40,747 nucleotides of DNA, from assembly GCA_049664005.1 (NCBI GenBank), contig JBATEM010000198.1, positions 1-40,747 on the forward strand, read 5' to 3'. The stretch comes from Candidatus Macondimonas sp. Its GTDB lineage: Bacteria > Pseudomonadota > Gammaproteobacteria > UBA5335. The notes beneath the pieces were generated by a model, which searched no databases, was not told where the DNA came from, and saw nothing but the letters and a program-made list of their open reading frames with translations. The first letter of the stretch is position 1. Each line of letters opens with the position of its first letter. The position numbers and the translations under genes were made by a program. Below are positions 1 to 12,811 of this stretch, piece by piece.

Positions 1-1644
1 TTGGGTTTGGCTCACACCCGCTGGGCCACCCACGGCGCGCCGAGCGAGCGCAACGCGCACCCCCATATCGCCGCCGACCGCGTGGCGGTGGTGCACAACG
101 GCATTATCGAAAATCATGCCGAACTGCGCGCCGAACTGCGCGCCGAGCTGCTGGCGCGCGGCGATCCGCTCGAATCGGACACCGATACCGAGCTGATCGC
201 CCACCTGATCCACCATGCCCTCGATGACAGCGTCGACCTGCTGACGGCGGTGCGATCCTGCCTCGCGCACCTGCGCGGAGCCTACGCCATTGCGGTGATC
301 GACCGCGCCGCGCCCGACCGGCTGGTGGTGGCACGCTCGGGAAGCCCCTTGGTGATCGGCGTGGGTATCGGGGAGCATTTCGTGGCGTCCGACAGCGCTG
401 CCCTGTTGCCGGTCACCCAGCAGTTCCGCTATCTGGAGGAAGGGGATGTCGCCGAGATCTGGCACAGTGGCGTGCGGGTGCTGGATCGATCGGGCCAACC
501 CGTGGAGCGTCCCCTGCTCCGTTCCCGCCTGGCCGATGAAACCTTCGACCGCGGCGCCTATCGCCATTTCATGCTCAAGGAGATCCACGAACAACCCCGG
601 GTGCTGGCCGAAACCCTGGAGGGCCGGTTGACGGCAGATCGGGTGTTGCCGGAGATGTTCGGCCCGGATGCCGAAACGCTGTTCAGCCAGGTGCGCGCGG
701 TCCATCTGGTGGCTTGTGGCACCAGCTATCACGCCGCGCTGGTGGCGCGCTACTGGATCGAGGCCCTGACGGGTATTCCGGCGACGGCGGAAATCGCCAG
801 TGAGTTCCGCTATCGCCAGCCGGCCGTGCCCGCCGATACCCTGCTGGTCACCCTGTCCCAGTCGGGCGAGACCGCCGATACCCTGGCCGCACTGCGGGCC
901 AGCCGGGAGCGGCCCTACCTGTCGCGTCTGGCCATCTGCAACGTGCCGGAAAGCTCGTTGGTGCGGGAATCGGATCGCGTGCTGATGACCCGCGCCGGGG
1001 TGGAAGTCGGGGTCGCCTCCACCAAGGCGTTCACCACCCAGTTGGTGGCCTTGATGCTGCTCACCCTCTGCATCGGCCAGGCCCAATCGCTGGCGCCGGA
1101 GGAAGTCGCCCGCATCGTGACCGATCTGCGCAGCTTGCCCCAGCAGGTGGAGCGCGTGCTCGTCCTGGAGCCCGCTGTCGCTGCCCTGGCCCCGCGGCTG
1201 GTGCATCGCGATCACGCCCTGTTCCTGGGGCGTGGGGTGGAATACCCGATCGCTCTGGAAGGCGCCCTCAAGCTCAAGGAAATCTCCTACATCCACGCCG
1301 AGGGCTATGCGGCCGGCGAACTCAAGCACGGCCCCCTGGCTTTGGTGAGCGAGGACATGCCGGTGGTGGCGTTGGCGCCGCACAATGCCCTGCTGGAAAA
1401 ACTGCTCTCCAACTTGCAGGAAGTGCGCGCGCGGGGCGGGGAGTTGCTGGTGTTCACTGGCGAGGGAGTGGGGCTGCCGGATGAAGAGGGCGTGGCCGTG
1501 CTGTCCCTGCCGGTTCCCTTGTCGGCGCTGTCGCCGGTGGTGTTCACAGTGCCCTTGCAACTGCTCGCCTATCATGTCGCGGTTCTCAAGGGCACCGATG
1601 TTGACCGGCCGCGCAATCTCGCGAAATCAGTCACGGTCGAATAA
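1..1644 (+). CDS. glmS: Glutamine--fructose-6-phosphate aminotransferase (5' end lies outside the window)
   Basis: GLAHTRWATHG, HNGIIEN, SQSGETADT, STKAFTTQ, ELKHGPLAL and the C-terminal DRPRNLAKSVTVE, whose coding sequence is the TnsD recognition site. Confidence 0.99.
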   Translation: MGLAHTRWATHGAPSERNAHPHIAADRVAVVHNGIIENHAELRAELRAELLARGDPLESDTDTELIAHLIHHALDDSVDLLTAVRSCLAHLRGAYAIAVIDRAAPDRLVVARSGSPLVIGVGIGEHFVASDSAALLPVTQQFRYLEEGDVAEIWHSGVRVLDRSGQPVERPLLRSRLADETFDRGAYRHFMLKEIHEQPRVLAETLEGRLTADRVLPEMFGPDAETLFSQVRAVHLVACGTSYHAALVARYWIEALTGIPATAEIASEFRYRQPAVPADTLLVTLSQSGETADTLAALRASRERPYLSRLAICNVPESSLVRESDRVLMTRAGVEVGVASTKAFTTQLVALMLLTLCIGQAQSLAPEEVARIVTDLRSLPQQVERVLVLEPAVAALAPRLVHRDHALFLGRGVEYPIALEGALKLKEISYIHAEGYAAGELKHGPLALVSEDMPVVALAPHNALLEKLLSNLQEVRARGGELLVFTGEGVGLPDEEGVAVLSLPVPLSALSPVVFTVPLQLLAYHVAVLKGTDVDRPRNLAKSVTVE

Positions 1645-1669
1645 CAAGCCCATGGGCTGTTGCCGCTCG

Positions 1670-1735
1670 TGTGGGATACAAATAAAGTTTCATCCGTACA
1701 AATATAGTTTCATCCATACAAATAAAGTTTCATCC
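1670..1735 (+). repeat. Tn7 right end: TGT terminus plus three tandem 20-bp TnsB-binding sites
   Basis: ATACAAATAAAGTTTCATCC 1676-1695, GTACAAATATAGTTTCATCC 1696-1715, ATACAAATAAAGTTTCATCC 1716-1735; adjacent to tnsA. Confidence 0.95.
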
Positions 1736-1789
1736 TAAGCCAGAATCCGCTATGTTGTGGTTATAAACTCAACGGGTGCAGGCTTTCTT

Positions 1790-2617
1790 ATGTCTGGAAC
1801 ATTCAAGGGCCTGACCCAGGCCCAGATCGACCAAAGGGTCAAAGAAGGCCGTGGCCAAGGCCAGGGACCAGACTACAAGCCGTTCATCTACACTCGGGAT
1901 GTGTCCTCGCTGGGCCGCTCCCATCGTCTGCCTGGCAGTAAGACCAAGCGTCTGCATCACCTCTTGTCAGATCTTGAACTGGCCATCTTCCTGACGTTGG
2001 ACCGGTCTCTCCGAGTTACCGATATCCGTGAGCAGTTTCCGATGAGGGTCGAGGACACTGTGCGGATTGCAGAGGAGTTAGGCCTTCCTCATGGCAAGTT
2101 CCAAGGAAACCCGCAGGTGCTGACCAGCGACTTCTTAGTGGACTTTGACGATCCGCAGCGCCCTACTGTAGTAATTCAGGCCAAATACAGCACCGATCTT
2201 CAGAAACCGGTGGTCATCGAAAGGCTGGAGCTCGAAAGATGCTACTGGAGTGAGAAAGGCATCCCGTGGGCCATCGTCACTGAGCGGCAAGTATCCAAGG
2301 TGGTATTTGCCAATATCCAATGGCTCTACCCTGCCCAAGCGGAAGGCGACATCTCACTGGAGGAGCTCGAACACTACCAGCGTCTTTTTCTGCATGAGTT
2401 CCAGCGACACCCAGATCGGAAGCTGGCAGCTATTGCCCAAGGGCTGGATATGGCTGGCGAACTGGAAACAGGTCAGGCGCTCTATTGGCTTCGTCAATTA
2501 CTTGCAAGACACTGTTTCATTTTTGACATCGACATACCCCACAGAGAGCTGAAGCCGAAGGATCTTGCTGTCAATCTTCATCATGAGCTACAGGAGCTGA
2601 GCAGTGCTTCCCGTTAA
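1790..2617 (+). CDS. tnsA: TnsA endonuclease
   Basis: EGRGQG..YKP, RLHHLLSDLE, DIREQFP, LTSDFLVD, QAKY, ERLELER.YW. ATG at 1790 preferred over the ORF start at 1757. Confidence 0.96.
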   Translation: MSGTFKGLTQAQIDQRVKEGRGQGQGPDYKPFIYTRDVSSLGRSHRLPGSKTKRLHHLLSDLELAIFLTLDRSLRVTDIREQFPMRVEDTVRIAEELGLPHGKFQGNPQVLTSDFLVDFDDPQRPTVVIQAKYSTDLQKPVVIERLELERCYWSEKGIPWAIVTERQVSKVVFANIQWLYPAQAEGDISLEELEHYQRLFLHEFQRHPDRKLAAIAQGLDMAGELETGQALYWLRQLLARHCFIFDIDIPHRELKPKDLAVNLHHELQELSSASR

Positions 2618-4691
2618 TCAGGTAATTCTGATAGGGGAGCTGCGAAAGCGCCTGCTGTTGTGTGAAACCGAGCTGGCAATCTGGATCGACATAGACTCGG
2701 ATACCGCCCTTCCAGAGAGGATACTGGTCTCAGAGTTGGAGCGGCTGCTCATGGACGGGGAGCTGGAGTGTATAGCCGATCCTTTCCTAGATGCAGTCAT
2801 GCGAGAAGTAGAGGAATACTCTCTTGATCAGCAGAAGCGCGATGCTGCCTGGGAAATGCTTGCGGATACCGCGCAAGACCTCAGACTGTTCGAGCGCGGC
2901 CCCAGAGGTCGCATCGTCAGAGCCATTATGGTGCGGCATGGCGTCACCAAACAGAAGGTATATAGGCTGCTGAGGCGCTACTGGCAGCGGGGGATGTGCA
3001 AAAACGCATTATTGCCGGATTACGTCAACTCGGGAGCTAGAGGGAAACGACGAACGCCAAATCAAGCCAAGCTGGGCAGGCCCAGAGTGTTGAGGGCGGG
3101 GCGGGGAAGTAACATCACGCCGGACATCGAGCGAATTTTCCGTCGAGTCATCGAAGAGCGATTGCTCAAAGAGAAACATCCTTCCATCCCAGATGCGTAC
3201 GCATCCAGCCTGAATCTGCTTCGTGTAGCTCTACCGGATCTGTCGGCCACCGAACTGCCGACTCTGGGGCAGTTCCGTTACTTCTACAGACGCGAATACC
3301 ACTTCACTGAAACATTGCCGAGCAGGATGTCCGTGGTGAATTTCACCAAGGACGTCCGTCCGCTTAAAAGCACATCGACGACCGAAACACTTGGGCCTGG
3401 ATATCGCTACCAGATCGACGCCACCATAGCCGATATTTATCTGCTTTCAGAGCACGATCGCAGCCTTATAGTCGGTAGGCCCGTTGTGTACATGGTGATC
3501 GATGTGTTTAGTCGCATGGTTGTCGGCATGTACATAGGATTCGAGGGGCCATCATGGGTCAGTGCCATGGTGGCATTGGCCAACACAGTCAAGGACAAGG
3601 TGGAATTCTGTCATCAGTATGGAGTGGATATTGATGCCGGCGATTGGCCTGTGAAGGGACTTCCAGATGTGTTACTGGCCGACAAGGGCGAACTGAATGG
3701 TACCAAGGTCGAGGCATTCTCACAGGCTTTTGGCGTCCGTATAGAGAACGCGCCGGCAAGGCGCGGGGATGCCAAAGGTATCGTCGAGCGCTATTTCCGG
3801 ACGATACAGGAGCGCTTCAAGCCCTATGCCAGCGGTGTGGTTGAAGATACCACCAGCCGGAAACGGGGTGGCCACGACTATAGGCGCGATGCCAGTCTGA
3901 CGCTGGGCGAATTCTCCCAGATCATCATCGCCGGTGTCCTCTGGCACAATAACTTCCACACCTTGGGTAAGTACGACAGGGCCGCTGGTATGCCGGGCGA
4001 TCTGCCGGCCATCCCGGTCATGCTGTGGAACTGGGGCTTGGCCAACCTGACCGGTCGGTTACGTATCGCGCCCGAAGAGCTGGTACGGATCAATCTCTTG
4101 CCCCATGAGCCGGCCACGGTTTCGGAGCTGGGAATCAGGCTGTTCGGCTGCTTCTACACTTGCCAGGAAGCAATTAGGGAGGGTTGGTTTCACCGAGGCC
4201 AGGGGCGACGACCGACGGGGGTAACGGTCGCATACGATCCGCGTAGCGCAGACCACATCTACCTGCGGCCGTCAAATAGCCTCAAAGAATTCTGGATTTG
4301 CGAACTTGCCGACCGCAGTCGACGTTTTAGGGGGATGACCTTCTGGGATGTCTGGCTCCTGTCTAAAGAAGAACGGCGTAGCGATGCCAACGCGGCGGCG
4401 GAAGCCTTGGTGGAGAGAGGCAAGCTTCTGGGGCAGATCGAGTCCATCGTTGCCCAGGCAAAGGATGCCAGTCCGGTCAAAACGGGTATGACCAAGAAGG
4501 ATCTGGGAACCCAGATCCGCGATAACAATCAGCAGGAAAAGCGCCAGGAACGCCAGAAAACGGCATTCAAACCGGAGAAAGTGCAGCAGGAAAAGCCAGC
4601 CGAGGTGATCCCACTCCGGGGTGAGAAGCAGGAGGACTATGCCTTCCCAGATCTCAGCGATCTGATATTCAAGGAAGAAGAGAATGACTGA
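2604..4691 (+). CDS. tnsB: TnsB DDE transposase
   Basis: YRLLRRYWQRG, GPGYRYQIDAT, IDVFSRMVVG, ADKGE, KGIVERYF; 695 aa; overlaps tnsA. Confidence 0.96.
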   Translation: MLPVNQVILIGELRKRLLLCETELAIWIDIDSDTALPERILVSELERLLMDGELECIADPFLDAVMREVEEYSLDQQKRDAAWEMLADTAQDLRLFERGPRGRIVRAIMVRHGVTKQKVYRLLRRYWQRGMCKNALLPDYVNSGARGKRRTPNQAKLGRPRVLRAGRGSNITPDIERIFRRVIEERLLKEKHPSIPDAYASSLNLLRVALPDLSATELPTLGQFRYFYRREYHFTETLPSRMSVVNFTKDVRPLKSTSTTETLGPGYRYQIDATIADIYLLSEHDRSLIVGRPVVYMVIDVFSRMVVGMYIGFEGPSWVSAMVALANTVKDKVEFCHQYGVDIDAGDWPVKGLPDVLLADKGELNGTKVEAFSQAFGVRIENAPARRGDAKGIVERYFRTIQERFKPYASGVVEDTTSRKRGGHDYRRDASLTLGEFSQIIIAGVLWHNNFHTLGKYDRAAGMPGDLPAIPVMLWNWGLANLTGRLRIAPEELVRINLLPHEPATVSELGIRLFGCFYTCQEAIREGWFHRGQGRRPTGVTVAYDPRSADHIYLRPSNSLKEFWICELADRSRRFRGMTFWDVWLLSKEERRSDANAAAEALVERGKLLGQIESIVAQAKDASPVKTGMTKKDLGTQIRDNNQQEKRQERQKTAFKPEKVQQEKPAEVIPLRGEKQEDYAFPDLSDLIFKEEEND

Positions 4692-6294
4692 AGTACTCCA
4701 GCGCGGTGTCATTCCCCTGGCGCGTTACCAGGATCAGCAGCTGCCCGAGTATCAGGAAAATCCGCTCATCAGCGCATTGCCTCCGATTCCTGATATGCAG
4801 GAGGTGGTCCGCCGGTTGCAACAACTTCCCAGTTTTGAGCCGCAGGAAACGCTTCTGAATGGTCAGCTCAGGGCTCATGCGATCGCCCGCCTTTTGCACA
4901 GCTTCTTCCAGCCGCTGAGCCACCACTTGGAGCTGGAGAGCAAGATCAGCTTGATGATTCGTCAGGGCTACATCGGTCGGAATCCGGCCAGTGGCGCCTG
5001 GTATGCCCACTTACAGAATGGCTATCGTCGGGTCGAGGAGGAGGACTTGGATGCGGGGGTTTACCAGAGCGTTTCCTCCACGGCCAGCAGCCTATCGTTG
5101 TTCGGCTGCTCCGGTTGTGGCAAGACGCGCACGTTGGAGCGGATTCTGGGTATGTATCCTCAGGCTCTCCATCACCCCGATTACAACATCATCCAACTGG
5201 TCTATCTGAAGATCGACTGCCCCATCGACGGTGACCTGGATGAGCTGTGCCTGAGCTTCTTCAACGAGGTAGACAAGATCCTGGGCACCCACTACAGCCG
5301 TAGCCACGGGCGCAAGAAGCTGGGAACCAAACGCCTGCTGGCATCTATGTGCCAAGTGGCCAACCTGCACGCGCTCGGTGTGCTGATCATCGACGAGGTT
5401 CAGAACCTCAACGAGGCACGCTCCGGTGGTGCCGAGAAAATGCACAATTTCTTCGTGTCGTTGGTGAACACCATCGGTGTTCCAATCATTCAGGTCGGTA
5501 CCCACAGGGCCAGCAAGTTCTTCCAACGCACATTTCGAGCAGCGCGTCGGGTCTCCGGGCTGGGCAGCATTCGCTGGGATAGGTTACCTCGGGACAAGCA
5601 CTGGAAGGGCCTATTGAAGCGCCTCTGGAAGTACCAGTGGCTGCGAAAAGAGGTGCCGCTGGACGACGAGTTGGAATCGACCATGTACGAACTCACCCAA
5701 GGGGTCATGGACATCGTCATCAAGTTGTTCGCGCTGACGCAGATCAGGGCGATAGTGACAGGCGTCGAGTGCATCAAGCCGCTGTTGCTGCGCAAGGTTT
5801 TCGAGGACGAGTTCAAACCGGTCCATCCAATGCTGGTGGCCTTGCGGAGCGGGAGGCCCGAACTGATCGCCAAATATGACGACCTGCTGATGCCAGAGAT
5901 CGAGGGGCGGTTGTTGAACCTGGCTCGCTCTCTGGATGGCGTCTCCCAACCGAAACCGCCAGCTCCTCCGGCTGATGACAAGGCCAAGCGGCTGGCCGCT
6001 CTGCTCGAAGAGATAGATATCCCAAGGGACATCGCCATTCCCATGGCCGACCAATTGTTGGCGGAGAATCCGGACATCCCTCTGCCGCTCCTGATTCACA
6101 AGGCCACGGCCCACTTCGCGCAGGACGCTCCCAAGAGATCCAGCATTTCCAGGGTTAAGCGGACAGAGTGGGGATGTCTATCCGAGGAAGATCTGCGCCG
6201 GCGCTATGCTGACGGGCCTGAAAGCGAGGTTTACGACAGATTCAAGCAGGCCGGCCTGATCCTCGATCTGCGGCCACTGTTGAAGGCGAGCTGA
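4684..6294 (+). CDS. tnsC: TnsC AAA+ ATPase regulator
   Basis: NPLISALP, Walker A GCSGCGKT, KIDCP, Walker B LIIDEVQNL. Confidence 0.96.
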   Translation: MTEVLQRGVIPLARYQDQQLPEYQENPLISALPPIPDMQEVVRRLQQLPSFEPQETLLNGQLRAHAIARLLHSFFQPLSHHLELESKISLMIRQGYIGRNPASGAWYAHLQNGYRRVEEEDLDAGVYQSVSSTASSLSLFGCSGCGKTRTLERILGMYPQALHHPDYNIIQLVYLKIDCPIDGDLDELCLSFFNEVDKILGTHYSRSHGRKKLGTKRLLASMCQVANLHALGVLIIDEVQNLNEARSGGAEKMHNFFVSLVNTIGVPIIQVGTHRASKFFQRTFRAARRVSGLGSIRWDRLPRDKHWKGLLKRLWKYQWLRKEVPLDDELESTMYELTQGVMDIVIKLFALTQIRAIVTGVECIKPLLLRKVFEDEFKPVHPMLVALRSGRPELIAKYDDLLMPEIEGRLLNLARSLDGVSQPKPPAPPADDKAKRLAALLEEIDIPRDIAIPMADQLLAENPDIPLPLLIHKATAHFAQDAPKRSSISRVKRTEWGCLSEEDLRRRYADGPESEVYDRFKQAGLILDLRPLLKAS

Positions 6295-6295
6295 C

Positions 6296-7798
6296 ATGTA
6301 TTTCCCCAAGCTCTACCCGGACGAGCTGCTATACAGCGGCATTGCCCGGTGCCGGGTACATCTGGGGATAGGCAGTCATAAAACTCTGCTGCACATGCTG
6401 TTCGGTGACAGTAAGGTCGCCGCTATTACTGACCTGCCTACGCACCTGACCGCTTTGGCAAACAATACTGGGTTGGATACGGCGAAGGTGATCATGCGTC
6501 ACACGCTGTTTCCGCTCTATGCCCCCTTCATTCCACAGGCGCGTCGTACCGACCTTTTCCAGGCCATGCTCGCTCCTGACAGGCCGACCATTGGTCTGGC
6601 CGGGGTCTCGACGGCTTTGGTCAAATGGCCGGAGTGGCTGCGTTACTGCCCCGCCTGCTTCGACGACATGGCCGCCCACTTCGGTGAGCCTTACTGGAGG
6701 CGAAGCTGGCAGATCCAAGGTATAGATGCTTGTTCCAAGCATGGCTGTCAGCTCCTGAACTCTCCCATTCCGTTTCGTCGAGCGCAGCGGCACGAGTTTC
6801 ATCCAGCCTCCCCACTGTTTCTGCCCCGTGATCTTCGCACGAGCCCCGCGAGCGAAGAGGCTATCAGGCTCGCCAATATCGCTACACAACTGCTGGCGCT
6901 TGAAGAGGAGCAATCGCCTGGATACGGGCGCTGGACCAACCTTTACCGGTACCTGGCTACAGAGTGCGGTGCCAGGCGCGGCCGGCAGATCAGGGCTGAA
7001 GTCATATGGCAGAAGATTCTGGCATCCCACTGCAGGGATTGGCTTAATGTGAGCGGTCTGCTGTCATCCCAAGAGCCTCCTCCCTGGCTGTTGGCGATTT
7101 TCAGGAAGCATCGTAATGGATTCAGTGCGTTACAACACATTGTCGTCTGGACCAGCCTGCGTCCGGGCCAGTCTGCTGGCGAGTTAATCGGCGAGGCGAA
7201 GACTCGCCAGGTCGACCTTGCCTCTGACCGGTCAGTGCAGCTGCTCACCGCTGAGTTTGAGCAAAGACAGCAGAACCGAGCCGTTTGGCTGCAAGCACTG
7301 GATACTTACGCTGGGGCCAAAGCAGCCAGGAAAAACGGAGGGGAGGCATGTTACGCCTGGCTCTATCGTCATGACCGACACTGGCTGAGGGCTGCGAACC
7401 AGGCTAGGCATCGCCGACAGGGCAACAACAGCCACATCGACTGGCGTGTTCGCGACAGGAAGTTGGTGCGCCTTCTGATCCGGATTGGCAGAGACAGCGA
7501 AGAAGACCTGAGCCTTCCGCGCAGGAGCCGCAACTGGTTCCTGCAGCAGCTACCCCATCGGGCATCAGTCGAGCGCCATCTCGATCAAATGCCTTTATGC
7601 CGCACCTTCCTGGATCGCTATGCCGAGTCCGTCGACGAGTATCAAATCCGCCGCCTGACTGCAGCGATGCTGGAGGATGTACAGACTGGCATACCGTCCA
7701 GGCTCTGGGAGCTGGAAAGACGTTGTGGGTTGGAAAAAAAAAGGGTTGCACCGCTGACCACTGCGTTCATTCAATCGATAGGAAGATGGATTGAATAG
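6296..7798 (+). CDS. tnsD: TnsD (TniQ family) attTn7 target selector
   Basis: FPKLYPDELLYS, HTLFP, zinc-binding RYCPAC...YWRRSWQ...CSKH, YAWLYRHDRHWL; 500 aa; the element sits at glmS. Confidence 0.95.
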   Translation: MYFPKLYPDELLYSGIARCRVHLGIGSHKTLLHMLFGDSKVAAITDLPTHLTALANNTGLDTAKVIMRHTLFPLYAPFIPQARRTDLFQAMLAPDRPTIGLAGVSTALVKWPEWLRYCPACFDDMAAHFGEPYWRRSWQIQGIDACSKHGCQLLNSPIPFRRAQRHEFHPASPLFLPRDLRTSPASEEAIRLANIATQLLALEEEQSPGYGRWTNLYRYLATECGARRGRQIRAEVIWQKILASHCRDWLNVSGLLSSQEPPPWLLAIFRKHRNGFSALQHIVVWTSLRPGQSAGELIGEAKTRQVDLASDRSVQLLTAEFEQRQQNRAVWLQALDTYAGAKAARKNGGEACYAWLYRHDRHWLRAANQARHRRQGNNSHIDWRVRDRKLVRLLIRIGRDSEEDLSLPRRSRNWFLQQLPHRASVERHLDQMPLCRTFLDRYAESVDEYQIRRLTAAMLEDVQTGIPSRLWELERRCGLEKKRVAPLTTAFIQSIGRWIE

Positions 7799-9401
7799 GA
7801 CCTTATTCCGTCAGATTAAGACCGGATCTAGGCTGCTGGCTATTGGAAACGTGTTCAGAGCACCCAATCCGGGAGCTCAGTGGCGCCTGGCGGCATTCTT
7901 TGAGTGTAACGGCCAGTCGCAGTTGCAGCGGTTCCCGCTGGAGATGTCCTGCGTCCTTGCGATTGGTCGCGAGTTTCCTGGTGAAGAAGGGGCTCCTTAC
8001 CGTGCCAATGGTTTCAAGAACACGGTGGTGCTTCCTGCATTAGATACGTGGCGGGAAAAGCAATTGGGCGAATGCCCACGTTTGGCAAGAAGGCTGGCAG
8101 CAAACCCCGAGATATCTGGACAGCGATGCTTTGTGTTCGATACAGATGGCCTGACCGTCTGGCTACCGAAATTCGAGCTGGCGCGAAAACTGTTTTTCCA
8201 CGCATCCTTTTTAGTCCGCGCAGCCTTCGAACCGAATGGTTTGGACATGGCCTTCACGATCTATAGAGAGGGCGATGTCGTTCATATCCATACGCCTTCG
8301 AAGACCGGCGCGCCAAGTCAGCTTCTAAAAATCAAGGGCTACAGAGATCATTTCAGTTGGCTGCTGCTGAATCAGGATGTGAAGCAATCCTTCGAGTCAA
8401 TCTGGCAAAGCCTCAACAATGAGCAAGAGCGGATATCCCAAGATTCGGCGTATGCCAGGTGGAGGTTCGACTTCCAGGCGCCCCCTTCCCTCGCGGGTAC
8501 CACCATGGATGTGCGAGGCCCCTTTGACCCTAAGAGTAACGAGTTGCTGGCCTGGGAGATCGAAACGCTTCTGGGGCTCAAGTCTACCCATTGTGGCGAT
8601 GTTTTTTTCCATCACCCTGCTCTCAAGTTACCCGTCAGGGGAAAGAACACAGGCTGTGTATCTGTGCCATCGGGAGCTGAAGAGGTGGAGGTAGATGCTG
8701 ACAAAGAGCCGACGGCTGCCAAGGAACCGCGGTTGATTCCTCTGCCCGTTGAGGGAATCGCTTTTGATGTTCAGCTGAGCACCAAGATCGCCTACAACGG
8801 GGAGCGTGCCGGCAGTCATGGCAAGAAGGTCGACGACGAGCAATTTCAGACCAGAGAGAGCAAGCTCTTCGGCGTGGCTGATCCTGTGAGCGGCGGCTGC
8901 ATAGCGCCAGGAGAGTTCCAGCAATTGGGTAAGGGGGAGGAGCATGATCGGTTTGCAGGTCTCTTCTCGCTGCTCCGTGAGATCATTGAGCAGATCTCCA
9001 AAGAGTCCAGCATTGCGCTGGTATCACTGGAAGTAAGTCCGCTGCCGCCCGTTCGGCGCTGCAGCTACCACATGATCGATCACGAAAAATCGCGCTGTTA
9101 TTTGCTGGCAAGGTTCAAACTGCAAAACGGCAATCAACGTTACCTTCTAGAAATAGATACCTCAGACAACCGGAAGACCATGTCAACGCGGATCATGGGT
9201 TTCAAAGGAGGTGTTGAGGCGGGGAAATGCATAGACAGGATCTTGAAGGAAACAGTGAAAGGCTCGTTGCGCTGGCCAAGCACTATGGCGAAGTTCTGTG
9301 AGCCTTTGCACTCTGTACATCACCCGAAAGAAAGCTTATTTGGTGCCAACCATGCCAGGCTGTTCGACTGGAAGCAGCGCATACGCGCTGCCCTTAGCTG
9401 A
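7791..9401 (+). CDS. tnsE: TnsE-like target selector for replication-associated (plasmid) insertion
   Basis: 536 aa; fifth gene of the tns operon; PKFELARKLFF..FLVRAAF and the C-terminal YLLEIDTSD..KTMST..VKGSLRWP...HHPK resemble TnsE. Confidence 0.88.
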   Translation: MNRTLFRQIKTGSRLLAIGNVFRAPNPGAQWRLAAFFECNGQSQLQRFPLEMSCVLAIGREFPGEEGAPYRANGFKNTVVLPALDTWREKQLGECPRLARRLAANPEISGQRCFVFDTDGLTVWLPKFELARKLFFHASFLVRAAFEPNGLDMAFTIYREGDVVHIHTPSKTGAPSQLLKIKGYRDHFSWLLLNQDVKQSFESIWQSLNNEQERISQDSAYARWRFDFQAPPSLAGTTMDVRGPFDPKSNELLAWEIETLLGLKSTHCGDVFFHHPALKLPVRGKNTGCVSVPSGAEEVEVDADKEPTAAKEPRLIPLPVEGIAFDVQLSTKIAYNGERAGSHGKKVDDEQFQTRESKLFGVADPVSGGCIAPGEFQQLGKGEEHDRFAGLFSLLREIIEQISKESSIALVSLEVSPLPPVRRCSYHMIDHEKSRCYLLARFKLQNGNQRYLLEIDTSDNRKTMSTRIMGFKGGVEAGKCIDRILKETVKGSLRWPSTMAKFCEPLHSVHHPKESLFGANHARLFDWKQRIRAALS

Positions 9402-9425
9402 TCGCACAACGAGTAGCAGTTAAAC

Positions 9426-9444
9426 TGCGACACACCTTGTCGCA
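9426..9444. repeat. Short inverted repeat between the convergent tnsE and toxin remnant (possible terminator)
   Basis: TGCGACA-CACCT-TGTCGCA. Confidence 0.35.
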
Positions 9445-9464
9445 AGCCGGGGGGACGTCGATTT

Positions 9465-9611
9465 CTAGCGATCCTCTCGGGTATACCAAAGCCGAAGCAT
9501 GTAGATGACCGAATCCTGAATTTCGTAGCGAACCTCGTACTCCCCGACCAGAATTCGCCGTACCTCGGGCGGATCGAATTCGAATAGCTGTTCGCCGATG
9601 CGCGGATTGGT
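9465..9611 (-). pseudogene. C-terminal remnant of a RelE/ParE-family type II toxin
   Basis: TNPRIGEQLFEFDPPEVRRILVGEYEVRYEIQDSVIYMLRLWYTREDR* matches the typical RelE/ParE C-terminal half. No N-terminus or antitoxin seen. Confidence 0.85.
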
Positions 9612-9652
9612 CTGACTCCTTTGAGGAGAGCCAAGTTGGGAGGGAATGAACC

Positions 9653-12807
<3,155 letters not shown>

Positions 12808-12811
<4 letters not shown>

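Noticed and set aside
1676..1735. Three 20-bp direct repeats as a CRISPR array, or the element as a CRISPR-associated transposon
   Set aside because: The repeats abut with no spacers and recur inverted at the far end, so they are TnsB sites. No cas genes are present.
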